Shown: positions 1-8,182, counted from the stretch's first letter. The stretch: DNA of 32,000 bases from Methylorubrum extorquens (GCA_900234795.1 LT962688.1:4620001-4652000); one strand, 5' to 3'. Notes: generated by a model from the sequence alone, not told the origin. Numbers and translations: made by a program.

Positions 1-874
1 CGCCGACGGCATGAAGACCGGCTTCATCTGCTCGGGCGGCTTCAACGTGGTGGCGACCGCGACCCGCGGCGGCCGACGCATCATCACCGTGGTGATGGGC
101 CAGCCGAGCGCACGCGAGCGCGACATCAAGGCCGCCGATCTGTTCGATTACGGCTTCGGCCAGTCGGCGGGCTGGACCGCGCCGACGCTCGAATCGCTGC
201 CGCCCTCCAACGTCGCCGCCCCGCCGGACATGCGGCCCTACATCTGCGACAAGCGCAAGCCGATGCCGGTGGACGAAGGCCCCGGCGCGCTGACCGCGAG
301 CGGCCCCGGCGCCAGCAGCGCGACGACGCAGCTCCTCGGCTCGGCGACCCCGGACGCCACCAACCTCGCCTTCGCCGCGCTCAGCAGCGCCAACGTCCGC
401 GGACGCACCCTGCCGCCGCGGGCGCCGCTTCAGCCGATCCCGGTCTGGATCGGCAGCAGCCCCACGGAAGGCGCGATGGCGCTGGCTCGCGAGGAACAGG
501 AGGCGCAGGCGTCCAAGCAGGCGGCCCGTCAGGCCGCGCTGGAGGCTGCCCAGCGCAAGCGCGCGGAAGCCAAGGCCACCAAGGACGCCGCCCGAGAGGC
601 CGCCAGGCAGGCCGCCTCGGAGAAAGCAGCCAAGGCCCGCGCCGCCGCCGTGACCGCGCCCAAGCCCGCCACGAAGACCGCCGCCGGCCGGGAGAAGAGC
701 GTGCCGGCCACGACCAGCGCCTACACGGCGGTGGAGCCCGCTCCGAAGGCGGCCGCGAAGCCGGCGCACAAGCCGGCCGCCAAGAAGCCCGAAGTGACAA
801 AGCCCGAGGCGGCCAAGCCCGCCGCCAAGAAGGCGGACAAGAAGCCCGCCAAGGCCAAGAACGACGAGTCGTAA
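1..874 (+). CDS. D-alanyl-D-alanine carboxypeptidase (PBP5/6-type serine peptidase), 3' part; 5' end lies outside the window; long Ala/Lys/Pro/Glu-rich tail
   Basis: The frame is open from nt 2 with no upstream stop. It begins in the KTG box (DG-M-KTGF), followed by a PBP5-like C-terminal region (VVATATRGGRRIITVVMGQPSARERD). The last ~120 aa are low-complexity A/K/P repeats. Stop TAA at 872-874. Confidence 0.7.
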   Translation, partial: ADGMKTGFICSGGFNVVATATRGGRRIITVVMGQPSARERDIKAADLFDYGFGQSAGWTAPTLESLPPSNVAAPPDMRPYICDKRKPMPVDEGPGALTASGPGASSATTQLLGSATPDATNLAFAALSSANVRGRTLPPRAPLQPIPVWIGSSPTEGAMALAREEQEAQASKQAARQAALEAAQRKRAEAKATKDAAREAARQAASEKAAKARAAAVTAPKPATKTAAGREKSVPATTSAYTAVEPAPKAAAKPAHKPAAKKPEVTKPEAAKPAAKKADKKPAKAKNDES

Positions 875-940
875 GGGGTTTTCGAAGGGCCCCGGCATCG
901 TCATATCGTTGCCGAGACGCACGCTGCGGTGACGGCTGAT

Positions 941-966
941 CCCCTCGCCCCTGCCGGGGAGAGGGG
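941..966 (+). terminator. Terminator-like GC hairpin downstream of the carboxypeptidase gene
   Basis: CCCCTCGCCCC (941-951), loop TGCC, GGGGAGAGGGG (956-966). The 11-bp stem has one mismatch and there is no T-tract. Confidence 0.3.
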
Positions 967-1005
967 GGAACCGCGAGCGGCTCAGACTTCGAAAGCCGTT
1001 CCACG

Positions 1006-2106
1006 ATGCCTCAGACCGAACAACCCGGCCGCCCCGCGCCGATCCCGCTCACCGTGCTCACGGGCTTCCTCGGCGCGGGCAAGACCACGCTGCTGAACCG
1101 CCTCCTCGGCGATCCGGCGCTCGCCGACACGGTGGTGATCGTCAACGAGTTCGGCGAGATCGGGCTCGACCACCTGCTGATCGAGACGGTCGATGAGGGG
1201 ATGATCCTGCTCGGCGCCGGCTGCCTGTGCTGCACCGTGCGCGGCGACCTAATCTCGACGCTCGAAGATCTCCTGCGCCGCCGCGACAACGGCCGCATCA
1301 ACCCGTTCCGCCGGGTGGTGATCGAGACCACGGGGCTCGCCGATCCGGCGCCGATCCTCCACGCGCTGATCTATCACCCCTATCTCGCGATCCGCTTCCA
1401 GTTGCAGGGCGTGGTGACGGTGATCGATGCGGTCAACGGCGCCGCCACCCTCGACGCGCACGGCGAGGCCCTGCGGCAGGCAGCGGTCGCCGACCATCTC
1501 GTGGTGACCAAGGCCGACCTGCCCGGCGCCGAGGCGGAGGCGCTGACCCAACGGCTCGCTGCCCTCAATCCGGGGGCCCGGATCCACGGGCCCGACGTGC
1601 CGGCCGAGCGCCTGCTCGGCGGCCTGTTCGGCCTCGACGGCAAGGGGGACGACGTGCGCGCTTGGCTCGGCGCGGAAGAGCACGCGCACGGCCATCACCA
1701 CGACCATGGTCACCATCATCACGACGTGAACCGGCACGACGCGGCGATCCGCGCCTTTCACCTCACCAGCGACGAACCGGTGCCGCGCCCGACCTTCGAG
1801 ATGTTCCTGGATCTTCTGCGTTCGGCACACGGGCCAAAACTGCTGCGCCTCAAGGGTCTCGTGGCGCTCGCCGACGATCCCGAGCGGCCGGTCGTGGTGC
1901 ATGGGGTGCAGCACGTCGTCCACACGCCCGTGACACTGCCGGCTTGGCCCGACGCGGATCGCCGCTCACGGCTCGTGCTGATCGTGCGCGACCTCGACCC
2001 GGCCTTCGTCCGCCGGATCTGGGATGCCTTTCTCGGCAAGCCTGCCCTGGACACGCCGGACCGGGCAGCGCTCACCGACAATCCGCTGGCGATCCCGGGA
2101 GGGTAA
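1006..2106 (+). CDS. COG0523 / CobW-family G3E metallochaperone GTPase with His-rich insert
   Basis: P-loop GFLGAGKTT, CxCC motif (GCLCCT), His-rich stretch HAHGHHHDHGHHHHD and a CobW-type C-terminal domain. High GC3 throughout. Confidence 0.85.
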   Translation: MPQTEQPGRPAPIPLTVLTGFLGAGKTTLLNRLLGDPALADTVVIVNEFGEIGLDHLLIETVDEGMILLGAGCLCCTVRGDLISTLEDLLRRRDNGRINPFRRVVIETTGLADPAPILHALIYHPYLAIRFQLQGVVTVIDAVNGAATLDAHGEALRQAAVADHLVVTKADLPGAEAEALTQRLAALNPGARIHGPDVPAERLLGGLFGLDGKGDDVRAWLGAEEHAHGHHHDHGHHHHDVNRHDAAIRAFHLTSDEPVPRPTFEMFLDLLRSAHGPKLLRLKGLVALADDPERPVVVHGVQHVVHTPVTLPAWPDADRRSRLVLIVRDLDPAFVRRIWDAFLGKPALDTPDRAALTDNPLAIPGG

Positions 2107-2238
2107 GGCGTCGTCCCGGCGAGGTGTCGGGCGTGTTCACGTCGCGCGAGGACACGCCGCGCCCTCGTCTTGGCACGCCCTGAGACGCAGCAAGCCGGGA
2201 GCCGAAACGGTCGTCGGCGCCGCCTCGTCCGGGGCCGA

Positions 2239-2922
2239 TCAGTCGAGGTGGTCGCCGTAGCGCTGGACGTGGTCGGCGAGGCCGAGGCCGTGGTCGCGCA
2301 CGAGCCGCTCGGCGCGATCCGCGTCGCGAGCCTCCAAAGCCTCGATGATCTGCACATGCTCCTCGATCGATTTCGAGGCGCGGTCGCCCTGGCGGAGCGC
2401 CGTGTTGCGGATGCCGCGCACATGCATCAGCAGGTTGCTGGTCAGGTCCGTGATCACCGCGCTGTGGCCGAGCGCAATGATCTTCTGATGGAAACGGATA
2501 TTGGCTTCCGAGTACTCGTCGAGATGCTCGTAGGGCTGGCCGTCGAAGAACTCAGGGAAGGAGCGGCGCAGGCAAGCCAGATCCTCGTCCGAGGCGGCGG
2601 TGCAGGCGAGCCGCGCCGCCATGCTCTCCAGCGCCGCCCAGGCCTGGATCATGCCGACGATCTCGCGCTTCGTCTTCTTGACGACGAACACGCCGCGCCG
2701 GGGCTCGTTGCGGACGAAGCCTTCCTGCTCCAGCACCGTCAGCGCCTCGCGGATCGGCGTGCGGCTCACGCCGAGCGTCTGCGACAGGCCGCGCTCATCG
2801 AGCCGCACATCCCCGGTCTGGCCGTAGATGTCCATGTTGGTGATCGCGGATTTCAGCGCCTCGTAGGCCAGCGTCCGCAGGCTCGTCGCCGGAACGATCG
2901 GCTTGATCGAGAGATTTTCCAT
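2239..2922 (-). CDS. GntR-family transcriptional regulator, FadR/FCD subfamily
   Basis: Winged-helix signature LSQTLGVSRTPIREALTVLEQEGFV plus an all-helical FCD-type C-terminal domain. Start placed at ATG 2922 (MENLSIK...). The ORF-track start at 2991 would add 23 non-conserved residues. Divergent from frc. Confidence 0.85.
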   Translation of the reverse strand: MENLSIKPIVPATSLRTLAYEALKSAITNMDIYGQTGDVRLDERGLSQTLGVSRTPIREALTVLEQEGFVRNEPRRGVFVVKKTKREIVGMIQAWAALESMAARLACTAASDEDLACLRRSFPEFFDGQPYEHLDEYSEANIRFHQKIIALGHSAVITDLTSNLLMHVRGIRNTALRQGDRASKSIEEHVQIIEALEARDADRAERLVRDHGLGLADHVQRYGDHLD

Positions 2923-3110
2923 CACTTCGGATCGACCTTGATGCCGATGGGGTTGCGGGTCCGGAGTGGAAGCATCGAGCCGCGAGAGCATGGCGTCTCA
3001 TCCTTCGGAAGACAAGGCAGCCCGCACTCCGGCGTCCCGGCTCTCCCCGCGGAATCCGCACGAGAACATGCGGATCTTCGGTTTCCGGCCCGAAATGTTG
3101 ACCTCTGGCA

Positions 3111-3124
3111 TCTGGTATGCCAGA
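3111..3124. promoter_or_regulatory. Candidate GntR/FadR-type operator, site A (TCTGGTATGCCAGA), in the gntR-frc divergent intergenic region
   Basis: Near-palindrome TCTGG-N4-CCAGA. It overlaps a second perfect inverted repeat, GGCAT-N5-ATGCC (3107-3121). The 14-mer is identical to site B. Confidence 0.5.
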
Positions 3125-3326
3125 AGAAAACCGGGGAGTCGATGCCGGCGGCATTCGCCGGGTGCAGGGCAGCCTCGCTCATGGTGCCCTGAGCTGCGCT
3201 CACGTCGCGCATGCCAGCCGTACCGGAAGCCCAAGACCGGCACGGAACCCTACGGGCGCATACGGCCGACGCCATCGGCCGATCAGCGCCTGGCAACATG
3301 CCACTCTCCTGGGGAGGAGACCTGCG

Positions 3327-4616
3327 ATGAGCAAGGCACCGGGCAAGGCCCTCGAGGGCGTTCGCATCCTCGATTTCACCCATGTTCAATCGGGGCCGAC
3401 CTGCACGCAATTGCTCGCGTGGTTCGGGGCCGACGTCATCAAGGTCGAGCGGCCGGGTGCGGGCGACGCGACGCGTCAGCAGCTTCAGGACCTCCCCGGC
3501 GTGGACAGCCTCTATTTCACGATGCTGAACCACAACAAGCGTTCGATTACGCTCGACGGCAAGAACCCCAAGGGCAACGCGATCCTCTGGCGGCTCATCG
3601 CCGAGTGCGATGTGCTGGTCGAGAACTTCGCCCCCGGTGCGCTCGATCGCATGGGGCTGACCTGGGAGAAACTGCAGGCCGCCAATCCGGGCCTGATCCT
3701 GGCCTCGGTGAAGGGCTTCGGGCCCGGCCGCTACCAGGATTGCAAGGTCTACGAGAACGTCGCCCAATGCGTCGGCGGCGCGGCCTCCACCACCGGCTGG
3801 CGCGACGGCGTGCCGATGGTGTCGGGGGCGCAGATCGGCGATTCCGGCACCGGCCTGCATCTGGCGCTCGGCATCGTCACGGCCCTCTACCAGCGCACCC
3901 AGACCGGGCAGGGCCAGCGCGTCGATTGTGCCATGCAGGATGGGGTGCTCAACCTCTGCCGGGTGAAGCTGCGCGACCAGCAGCGCCTCGCCCACGGCCC
4001 GCTGATGGAATACAGCCAGTACGGCGAGGGCGTCCCCTTCGGCGAGGCGGTGCCGCGGGCCGGCAACGATTCCGGCGGGGGGCAGCCCGGCCGCATCCTG
4101 AAGTGCAAGGGCTGGGAGCAGGATCCCAACGCCTACATCTACTTCATCACGCAGGGCGCGGTTTGGGGACCGATCTGCGACATCATCGGCGAGCCGGACT
4201 GGAAGACCGATCCGGCCTACGCGACGCCGAAAGCCCGCTTGCCGCATCTCAACGAGATCTTCACGCGCATCGAAGCGTGGACGATGAAGCACGACAAACT
4301 CGAGGCGATGGAGATCCTCAACGCCTACGAGATCCCGTGTGGACCGATCCTGTCGATGCGGGAGATCGCCGAGGATCCGATGCTGCGGGCGAACGGCACG
4401 GTCGTCGAGGTCGAGCACCCGACCCGCGGCGCCTATCTAACGGTGGGCAACCCGATCAAGCTGTCGGCGAGCCCCACCGAGATCACCCGCGCGCCGCTGC
4501 TCGGCGAGCATACCGACGAGATCCTGCGCGAGGTGCTGGGCTGCACCGATACGGAAATCAGCGACATCCTCGGTTCGGGCGCGGTGGGCGGCGTCCACCG
4601 CATCGCCGCGGAGTAG
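3327..4616 (+). CDS. frc: Formyl-CoA:oxalate CoA-transferase, paralogue 1 (class III CoA-transferase)
   Basis: 429 aa. N-terminus [36 protein letters not shown], catalytic-Asp context IGDSGTG, Gly loop [35 protein letters not shown] at 3311-3320 precedes ATG 3327. The ORF-track start at 3117 is an upstream extension. Confidence 0.95.
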   Translation: MSKAPGKALEGVRILDFTHVQSGPTCTQLLAWFGADVIKVERPGAGDATRQQLQDLPGVDSLYFTMLNHNKRSITLDGKNPKGNAILWRLIAECDVLVENFAPGALDRMGLTWEKLQAANPGLILASVKGFGPGRYQDCKVYENVAQCVGGAASTTGWRDGVPMVSGAQIGDSGTGLHLALGIVTALYQRTQTGQGQRVDCAMQDGVLNLCRVKLRDQQRLAHGPLMEYSQYGEGVPFGEAVPRAGNDSGGGQPGRILKCKGWEQDPNAYIYFITQGAVWGPICDIIGEPDWKTDPAYATPKARLPHLNEIFTRIEAWTMKHDKLEAMEILNAYEIPCGPILSMREIAEDPMLRANGTVVEVEHPTRGAYLTVGNPIKLSASPTEITRAPLLGEHTDEILREVLGCTDTEISDILGSGAVGGVHRIAAE

Positions 4617-4669
4617 CACACGGCACTATTCTGCCGAACACCAGAGGAGCTGGAACTTGATTTCCTTCT

Positions 4670-4683
4670 TCTGGTATGCCAGA
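4670..4683. promoter_or_regulatory. Candidate GntR/FadR-type operator, site B (TCTGGTATGCCAGA)
   Basis: Same 14-mer as site A. It also forms TGGTAT-N5-ATACCA (4672-4688). It lies 75-88 nt upstream of the small ORF start at 4758. Confidence 0.5.
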
Positions 4684-4757
4684 TACCAATGCAGACAGGC
4701 GAGACCCGATACGGCGGCGTTGCGCACCGTTCGGGCCGGCGACCGGAGGATACGGTG

Positions 4758-4982
4758 ATGGCCGAAAACGTCTCTGATCACGCCGCGGACCGCGCTCTGG
4801 CGGATCTCGTGGACGCGTTCGGTCACTACTCCGATGCCGAGATGCAGGCCTTTCTCGATGCGACGCCGTTCGAGGCCGAGATGCGCTGCGGAGTCTCGCC
4901 CGCCAAACCGGTCGAATCCGAATGGCTGGCTGCCGCGGGATTTGCTGCCGGCGAGATCGTGATTCAGGCGGCGCGGGCGTAG
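4758..4982 (+). CDS. Hypothetical small acidic protein (74 aa)
   Basis: RBS GGAGG about 8 nt upstream of ATG 4758. GC3 about 76%, lower than neighbouring genes. No recognisable domain. Operator-like site B lies upstream. The 3' end overlaps the convergent small ORF by 19 nt. Confidence 0.4.
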   Translation: MAENVSDHAADRALADLVDAFGHYSDAEMQAFLDATPFEAEMRCGVSPAKPVESEWLAAAGFAAGEIVIQAARA

Positions 4983-5131
4983 CGGTCGGCGGTCTCCAGC
5001 GCCTCGGTGCCGCGGCCCTTCGGGGCATCCTGGGCGGCGCTCGAGACGGTCAGCCGGTCAGCCAGCTTGACGACGAACAGAGCCTGCACGGCGACGAGGA
5101 AAACGAGCGCGGCGAGCCAAGTGGCGAGCAT
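4964..5131 (-). CDS. Hypothetical small membrane protein (55 aa, one N-terminal TM helix); below the length cut-off of the ORF track
   Basis: My translation: MLATWLAALVFLVAVQALFVVKLADRLTVSSAAQDAPKGRGTEALETADRYARAA. GC3 about 91% (50 of 55 codons end in G/C). RBS GGAGA 5 nt upstream of ATG (5131). Operator-like site C lies 76-89 nt upstream. Confidence 0.55.
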   Translation of the reverse strand: MLATWLAALVFLVAVQALFVVKLADRLTVSSAAQDAPKGRGTEALETADRYARAA

Positions 5132-5206
5132 GATAGTCTCCGTCGGTGCGGACTATGGTGCGGTGCGAACGAATCCGAGATAGGCCGCGCGTTTTGGGAT
5201 ATGAAG

Positions 5207-5220
5207 TACAAAATACCAGA
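5207..5220 (-). promoter_or_regulatory. Candidate operator, site C (minus strand TCTGGTATTTTGTA)
   Basis: The left half-site is identical to sites A, B, E and G. The right half resembles site E (TCTGGTATATTGTA). Located upstream of the 55-aa membrane protein ORF. Confidence 0.35.
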
Positions 5221-5350
5221 TACGCGCATGCGTCACGTGCATGTGAGTGGCGCGCCGTGATCTGACGATGTGCGAATCCGGCTGCAATCCCTGCGGCCGA
5301 CGACGGTGTAACAGACGCAACTCGATGTCGCACCGCAGCATGGCTGCGGT

Positions 5351-7207
5351 TCAGGAGTTCGCCCGGCCGACCTCCGGACCCCATGCGCCGAGGGTCGAGG
5401 TTTCGTCCGGGCAGAGAACCTCGTCGAGCGGCGCGATGCTCTCAGTCTGCTCCGTCAGGCCCGTCGCTGCGAGCGCCCGCACGGTCCCGGCGTCGCGGCA
5501 TGCGGCGGCGAGACCCGCCGGGTCGAGGCCGACGAGACGACCGCTCTCGAAGCGCGCGAAGACCCGCCCCGATGCCCGGTCGGCGAAGCGCACCACCGAG
5601 ACCTGCCGCAAGGCCTCCCGAAGAAAACGCGCCTCGGCCTCCGGCGCGTCGGCGACGCCGCGATAGACATCGGCCGCCGCGCGGGCGCTGATATCGATCC
5701 GCCGGTAGCGCTCGATCGCCAGCAGGGCTTTGGCATCGAGGATCGTCATCGCGTCGTTCGTGCCGAAGGCGATGGTAAGCGGGCGCGCGCCCTTGGGCAC
5801 GCTGTTGTCGAGGAATTCGTAAGTGACCGGCCGGTCCCGGCGCAGCGCCCAGGTGAAGAACAACCGCGGCATGCCGGTGAAGGCCTCGACATTGTGCGCG
5901 AGCAGATCCTCGACCGCCTTGTAGCGCCCGAACTCCTCGCCCCGCTTCCAGGCCCGCTCCACGGTTTCCTCGGGCGGCGTGATCATGAACTGCAGGTAGA
6001 CGCGCTGACCGAACCGCGTGAGGAGCTGGCCCGCACCGTCGCTGCCGGCCTCCGTCGAGAAGCTGTCGAAGCGGAAGCGATCGATCAGCAGGTGCGAGAG
6101 GCGGCCGCCGGCTGCCTTGCGGGTGATGTAGCGGTCGAGCTTGGCATCGATGATCTCCACCTCGTGCCCGGTCAGCGGCCCGGCATAGCGGCGCGCTTCG
6201 CCCAAGCTGTCATAGTCCAGCAGGAACTTGCGCCAGACGTCGGGTGTGATGACGGCGAAGTCCTGCCATTGCGCGCCGATCCGTCCGGCGAGGTCGCGCT
6301 GATACGGACGAATCGTGCTCTTGCCCGAGGCCGAAGCGCCCTTGACGGTCATCACCACCGGCTGCGCTTGCGGCGCGGGCCGGTGGTAGCCCTGCGCCGC
6401 GGCGACCGCCTCGATCCAGGGCGCGATCAGCGCGCCGATCCGGTCGCTGCCGCAGCGGTTGGTGACGAGGATGCTGGCAAGCCGCCGCAGCAGCGTGCGG
6501 TCGCGGATCAGCATGCCCTGGCGGGCGATGACGTGCCCGAACACCGTGCGCAGGGCCTCGCGGGCGGCGCTCTCCATGCTCTCGGGCTCGCTCGCGGACG
6601 CGCATCGTTCGTCGAGGCGGGCAAGGATGCGAGCCTGCCCGTCGCCGGCTGGAGAAGGGGAAGGGGAGGGCGGCTCGCGCGGGCCGAGGCGGCGGAGCCA
6701 TCCGGCCCAGCCGGAGATCGGTTCGGGCGGCGGCGCGGGCGCCTCGTCGAACAGGGCCGACAACTCGCATTCCAGCGCCGCATCGGCCTCGGCGCGGACC
6801 GCGTCCAGGGTCGCCGCGACCGCGTCGAGGCGGTGCATCACGCCCTCGCGCAGCAGCGTGCCGACGATGCGCCGGAAGTTCAGTCCGAGATCGGCATAGA
6901 CTTCGCCGACGGGGACCGAGATGTCGGCCATGACCCGGATCAGCACCTCGTGGACCGCGAGGCGCTCGGGCCGGAAGGGGGCGAGCTGCGTCGCGGGCAG
7001 GCCGCTGACATCGGACAGTTCGAGGATTTCGGAAAAGGGCAGGCGGACGTTCTCGGGCCGGAACACCGTCGCGAGCGGGCGCATCGCCCGCGGCAGGCCG
7101 GGTTCGAGGCCGGGATTCCAGGCGTGGAAGGCCGGCTCGTCCGCGCGGGCGGTGCCGGCGGCCTCGGCCGGAAACTTGCCAGAGAGGGGCGGCGCGGCGT
7201 CGCTCAT
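5351..7207 (-). CDS. Zeta-toxin-like / AAA_33-type P-loop kinase-domain protein with an uncharacterised ~290-aa N-terminal domain (618 aa)
   Basis: Walker A VKGASASGKST is followed by AVITPDVWRKFL and LLIDRFRF, which resemble zeta-toxin/UDP-GlcNAc-kinase-type P-loop kinases. Strong RBS GGGAGG 8 nt before ATG 7207. The ORF-track start at 7453 is an Arg/Ser-rich extension that overlaps the upstream gene. Confidence 0.7.
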   Translation of the reverse strand: MSDAAPPLSGKFPAEAAGTARADEPAFHAWNPGLEPGLPRAMRPLATVFRPENVRLPFSEILELSDVSGLPATQLAPFRPERLAVHEVLIRVMADISVPVGEVYADLGLNFRRIVGTLLREGVMHRLDAVAATLDAVRAEADAALECELSALFDEAPAPPPEPISGWAGWLRRLGPREPPSPSPSPAGDGQARILARLDERCASASEPESMESAAREALRTVFGHVIARQGMLIRDRTLLRRLASILVTNRCGSDRIGALIAPWIEAVAAAQGYHRPAPQAQPVVMTVKGASASGKSTIRPYQRDLAGRIGAQWQDFAVITPDVWRKFLLDYDSLGEARRYAGPLTGHEVEIIDAKLDRYITRKAAGGRLSHLLIDRFRFDSFSTEAGSDGAGQLLTRFGQRVYLQFMITPPEETVERAWKRGEEFGRYKAVEDLLAHNVEAFTGMPRLFFTWALRRDRPVTYEFLDNSVPKGARPLTIAFGTNDAMTILDAKALLAIERYRRIDISARAAADVYRGVADAPEAEARFLREALRQVSVVRFADRASGRVFARFESGRLVGLDPAGLAAACRDAGTVRALAATGLTEQTESIAPLDEVLCPDETSTLGAWGPEVGRANS

Positions 7208-7229
7208 CGCTCGCCCCTCCCGGTCTCGA

Positions 7230-7523
7230 TCAGGCGGCGGAGGCGTTCTCGATCGCCTCGAACCGGATCTGGTAGGCCTCGCCCCATAGGCTCGCCGCCC
7301 GCTCGTGCCACGCGGTGTCGAAGAACAGCTTGGCGCAGAACGAGCTGCGCCAGATGCACACCGCGATGATGCGCTCGTCCAGAACGCGGATGTGGCGGCT
7401 CTCCAGCCCGCCGGCGATGCCAAGACGGGGCAACATGTCGATGCTCGAAGCACCGAATTCGTTCTCGCCCGGGAAGACGATCGGGCATTCGATGACGGTC
7501 AGATGTTTCATCGGGTTTTCCAT
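7230..7523 (-). CDS. Hypothetical 97-aa protein, immediately upstream of and probably co-transcribed with the P-loop protein
   Basis: MENPMKHLTVIECPIVFPGENEF... with no recognisable domain. The stop lies 22 nt before the P-loop gene start. Alternative start at 7511 (MKH). Confidence 0.55.
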   Translation of the reverse strand: MENPMKHLTVIECPIVFPGENEFGASSIDMLPRLGIAGGLESRHIRVLDERIIAVCIWRSSFCAKLFFDTAWHERAASLWGEAYQIRFEAIENASAA

Positions 7524-7677
7524 GGCGGACGCCTTTTCTCGGACTCGTCTTCCGACCTGTTCCGGATCGTTCTCGCACAACGCTCGGTGAACGGTGCCTG
7601 CTCCCGGCAGGCATGAATCCGTAACGAGATGCGTCGTGTCCGGCGCTCCATTTGCGCTCACTGTGAGCCGTGCGCCT

Positions 7678-8118
7678 TCACGTATGCGGCAATGCCGGCG
7701 GGTTCGTCGCCCGTGCTTGGCCAATATCCTGGCCGACTCCTTGGCCAGCGCAGTCCCAGATACTCAGGATCGCGCTGATGCGGCAGGATTCCATCAGGGC
7801 GATGTGATCGACCTTCCGCTCGCAGAAGGTCTTCAGCCGCTCCTGCGCCGAGGCGCCGACATCGACTGCGGGAAAGTCGTGATCGGTGATGAGCCAGACG
7901 CTGCGGTTGTAGATTTCGGGGCCCTCGGTCGCCACCGCGCGGAAGATGTCGCGCTGGGTCAGCAGACCCGTCACCGTGGCGTCGGCATCGCCCTCGACGA
8001 CGACGAGCGCGCCCGTTCCCGGCTCGGCGAGGAGTTGGGCCGCCTCGGCCACGGATCGGTCCCGGTGGATGGTGCGGACGCCACCGGCATCCGGCTCACG
8101 GCGCATCGTTCCAAACAC
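7678..8118 (-). CDS. CBS-pair domain protein (146 aa)
   Basis: Two CBS motifs (VRTIHRDRSVAEAAQLLAEPGTGALVVVEGD...GLLTQRDIFRAV, and a second around FPAVDVGASAQERLKTFCERKVDHIALME). Start assigned to GTG 8118, preceded by RBS GGAGGAG (complement of 8123-8129). The ORF-track start at 8241 adds an Arg-rich extension. Confidence 0.7.
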   Translation of the reverse strand: MFGTMRREPDAGGVRTIHRDRSVAEAAQLLAEPGTGALVVVEGDADATVTGLLTQRDIFRAVATEGPEIYNRSVWLITDHDFPAVDVGASAQERLKTFCERKVDHIALMESCRISAILSIWDCAGQGVGQDIGQARATNPPALPHT

Positions 8119-8168
8119 GGCGCTCCTCCATCGGCATGCCTCTCGGACGGGGCCGCCTTGGACTGCAG

Positions 8169-8182
8169 GCTGGTATACAGCA
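8169..8182. promoter_or_regulatory. Candidate operator, site D (GCTGGTATACAGCA; also GGTAT-N5-ATACC, 8172-8186)
   Basis: CTGGTAT core with a degenerate right half. Located 51-64 nt upstream of the CBS gene start. Confidence 0.35.

Noticed and set aside
1227-2183. 318-aa alternative-frame ORF inside the COG0523 gene
   Set aside because: It is out of frame with the P-loop/CxCC-containing frame and its composition is Arg/Pro/Gly-rich.
3098-3121. TTGACC-N12-TATGCC at site A, and the similar TTGATT-N12-TATGCC at site B, considered as promoters
   Set aside because: A 12-nt spacer is too short for a sigma-70-type promoter. Only the oxc upstream region gives a canonical 17-nt spacing.
3301-3326. 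CUCUCC immediately before the GGAGGAG RBS of frc-1, considered as an anti-SD hairpin
   Set aside because: The loop would be only about 3 nt with a wobble-containing 5-bp stem. This is not convincing as a regulatory structure.
2922-4418. 498-aa ORF on the minus strand opposite frc paralogue 1 (and the 564-aa plus-strand ORF 2966-4660 in another frame)
   Set aside because: It is antisense or out of frame to a gene with unmistakable Frc homology. The translation is Arg/Ala/Gly/Pro-rich with no motifs. This is a typical stop-codon-poor shadow ORF of high-GC DNA.
4689-4757. MQTGETRYG at the ORF-track start of 4689-4982 matches TGETRYG inside the PAS protein (about 26 of 33 nt identical)
   Set aside because: The similarity does not extend in either direction at the nucleotide or protein level. 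In addition, the 4689 start lacks an RBS, whereas ATG 4758 has GGAGG. I treat this as coincidence or, at most, a tiny duplication remnant.
5894-7369. 491-aa plus-strand ORF opposite the P-loop protein gene, and 20634-21986 opposite the DUF2778 gene
   Set aside because: Shadow ORFs. The minus-strand frames have an RBS, a start and recognisable motifs (Walker A; SNGC).
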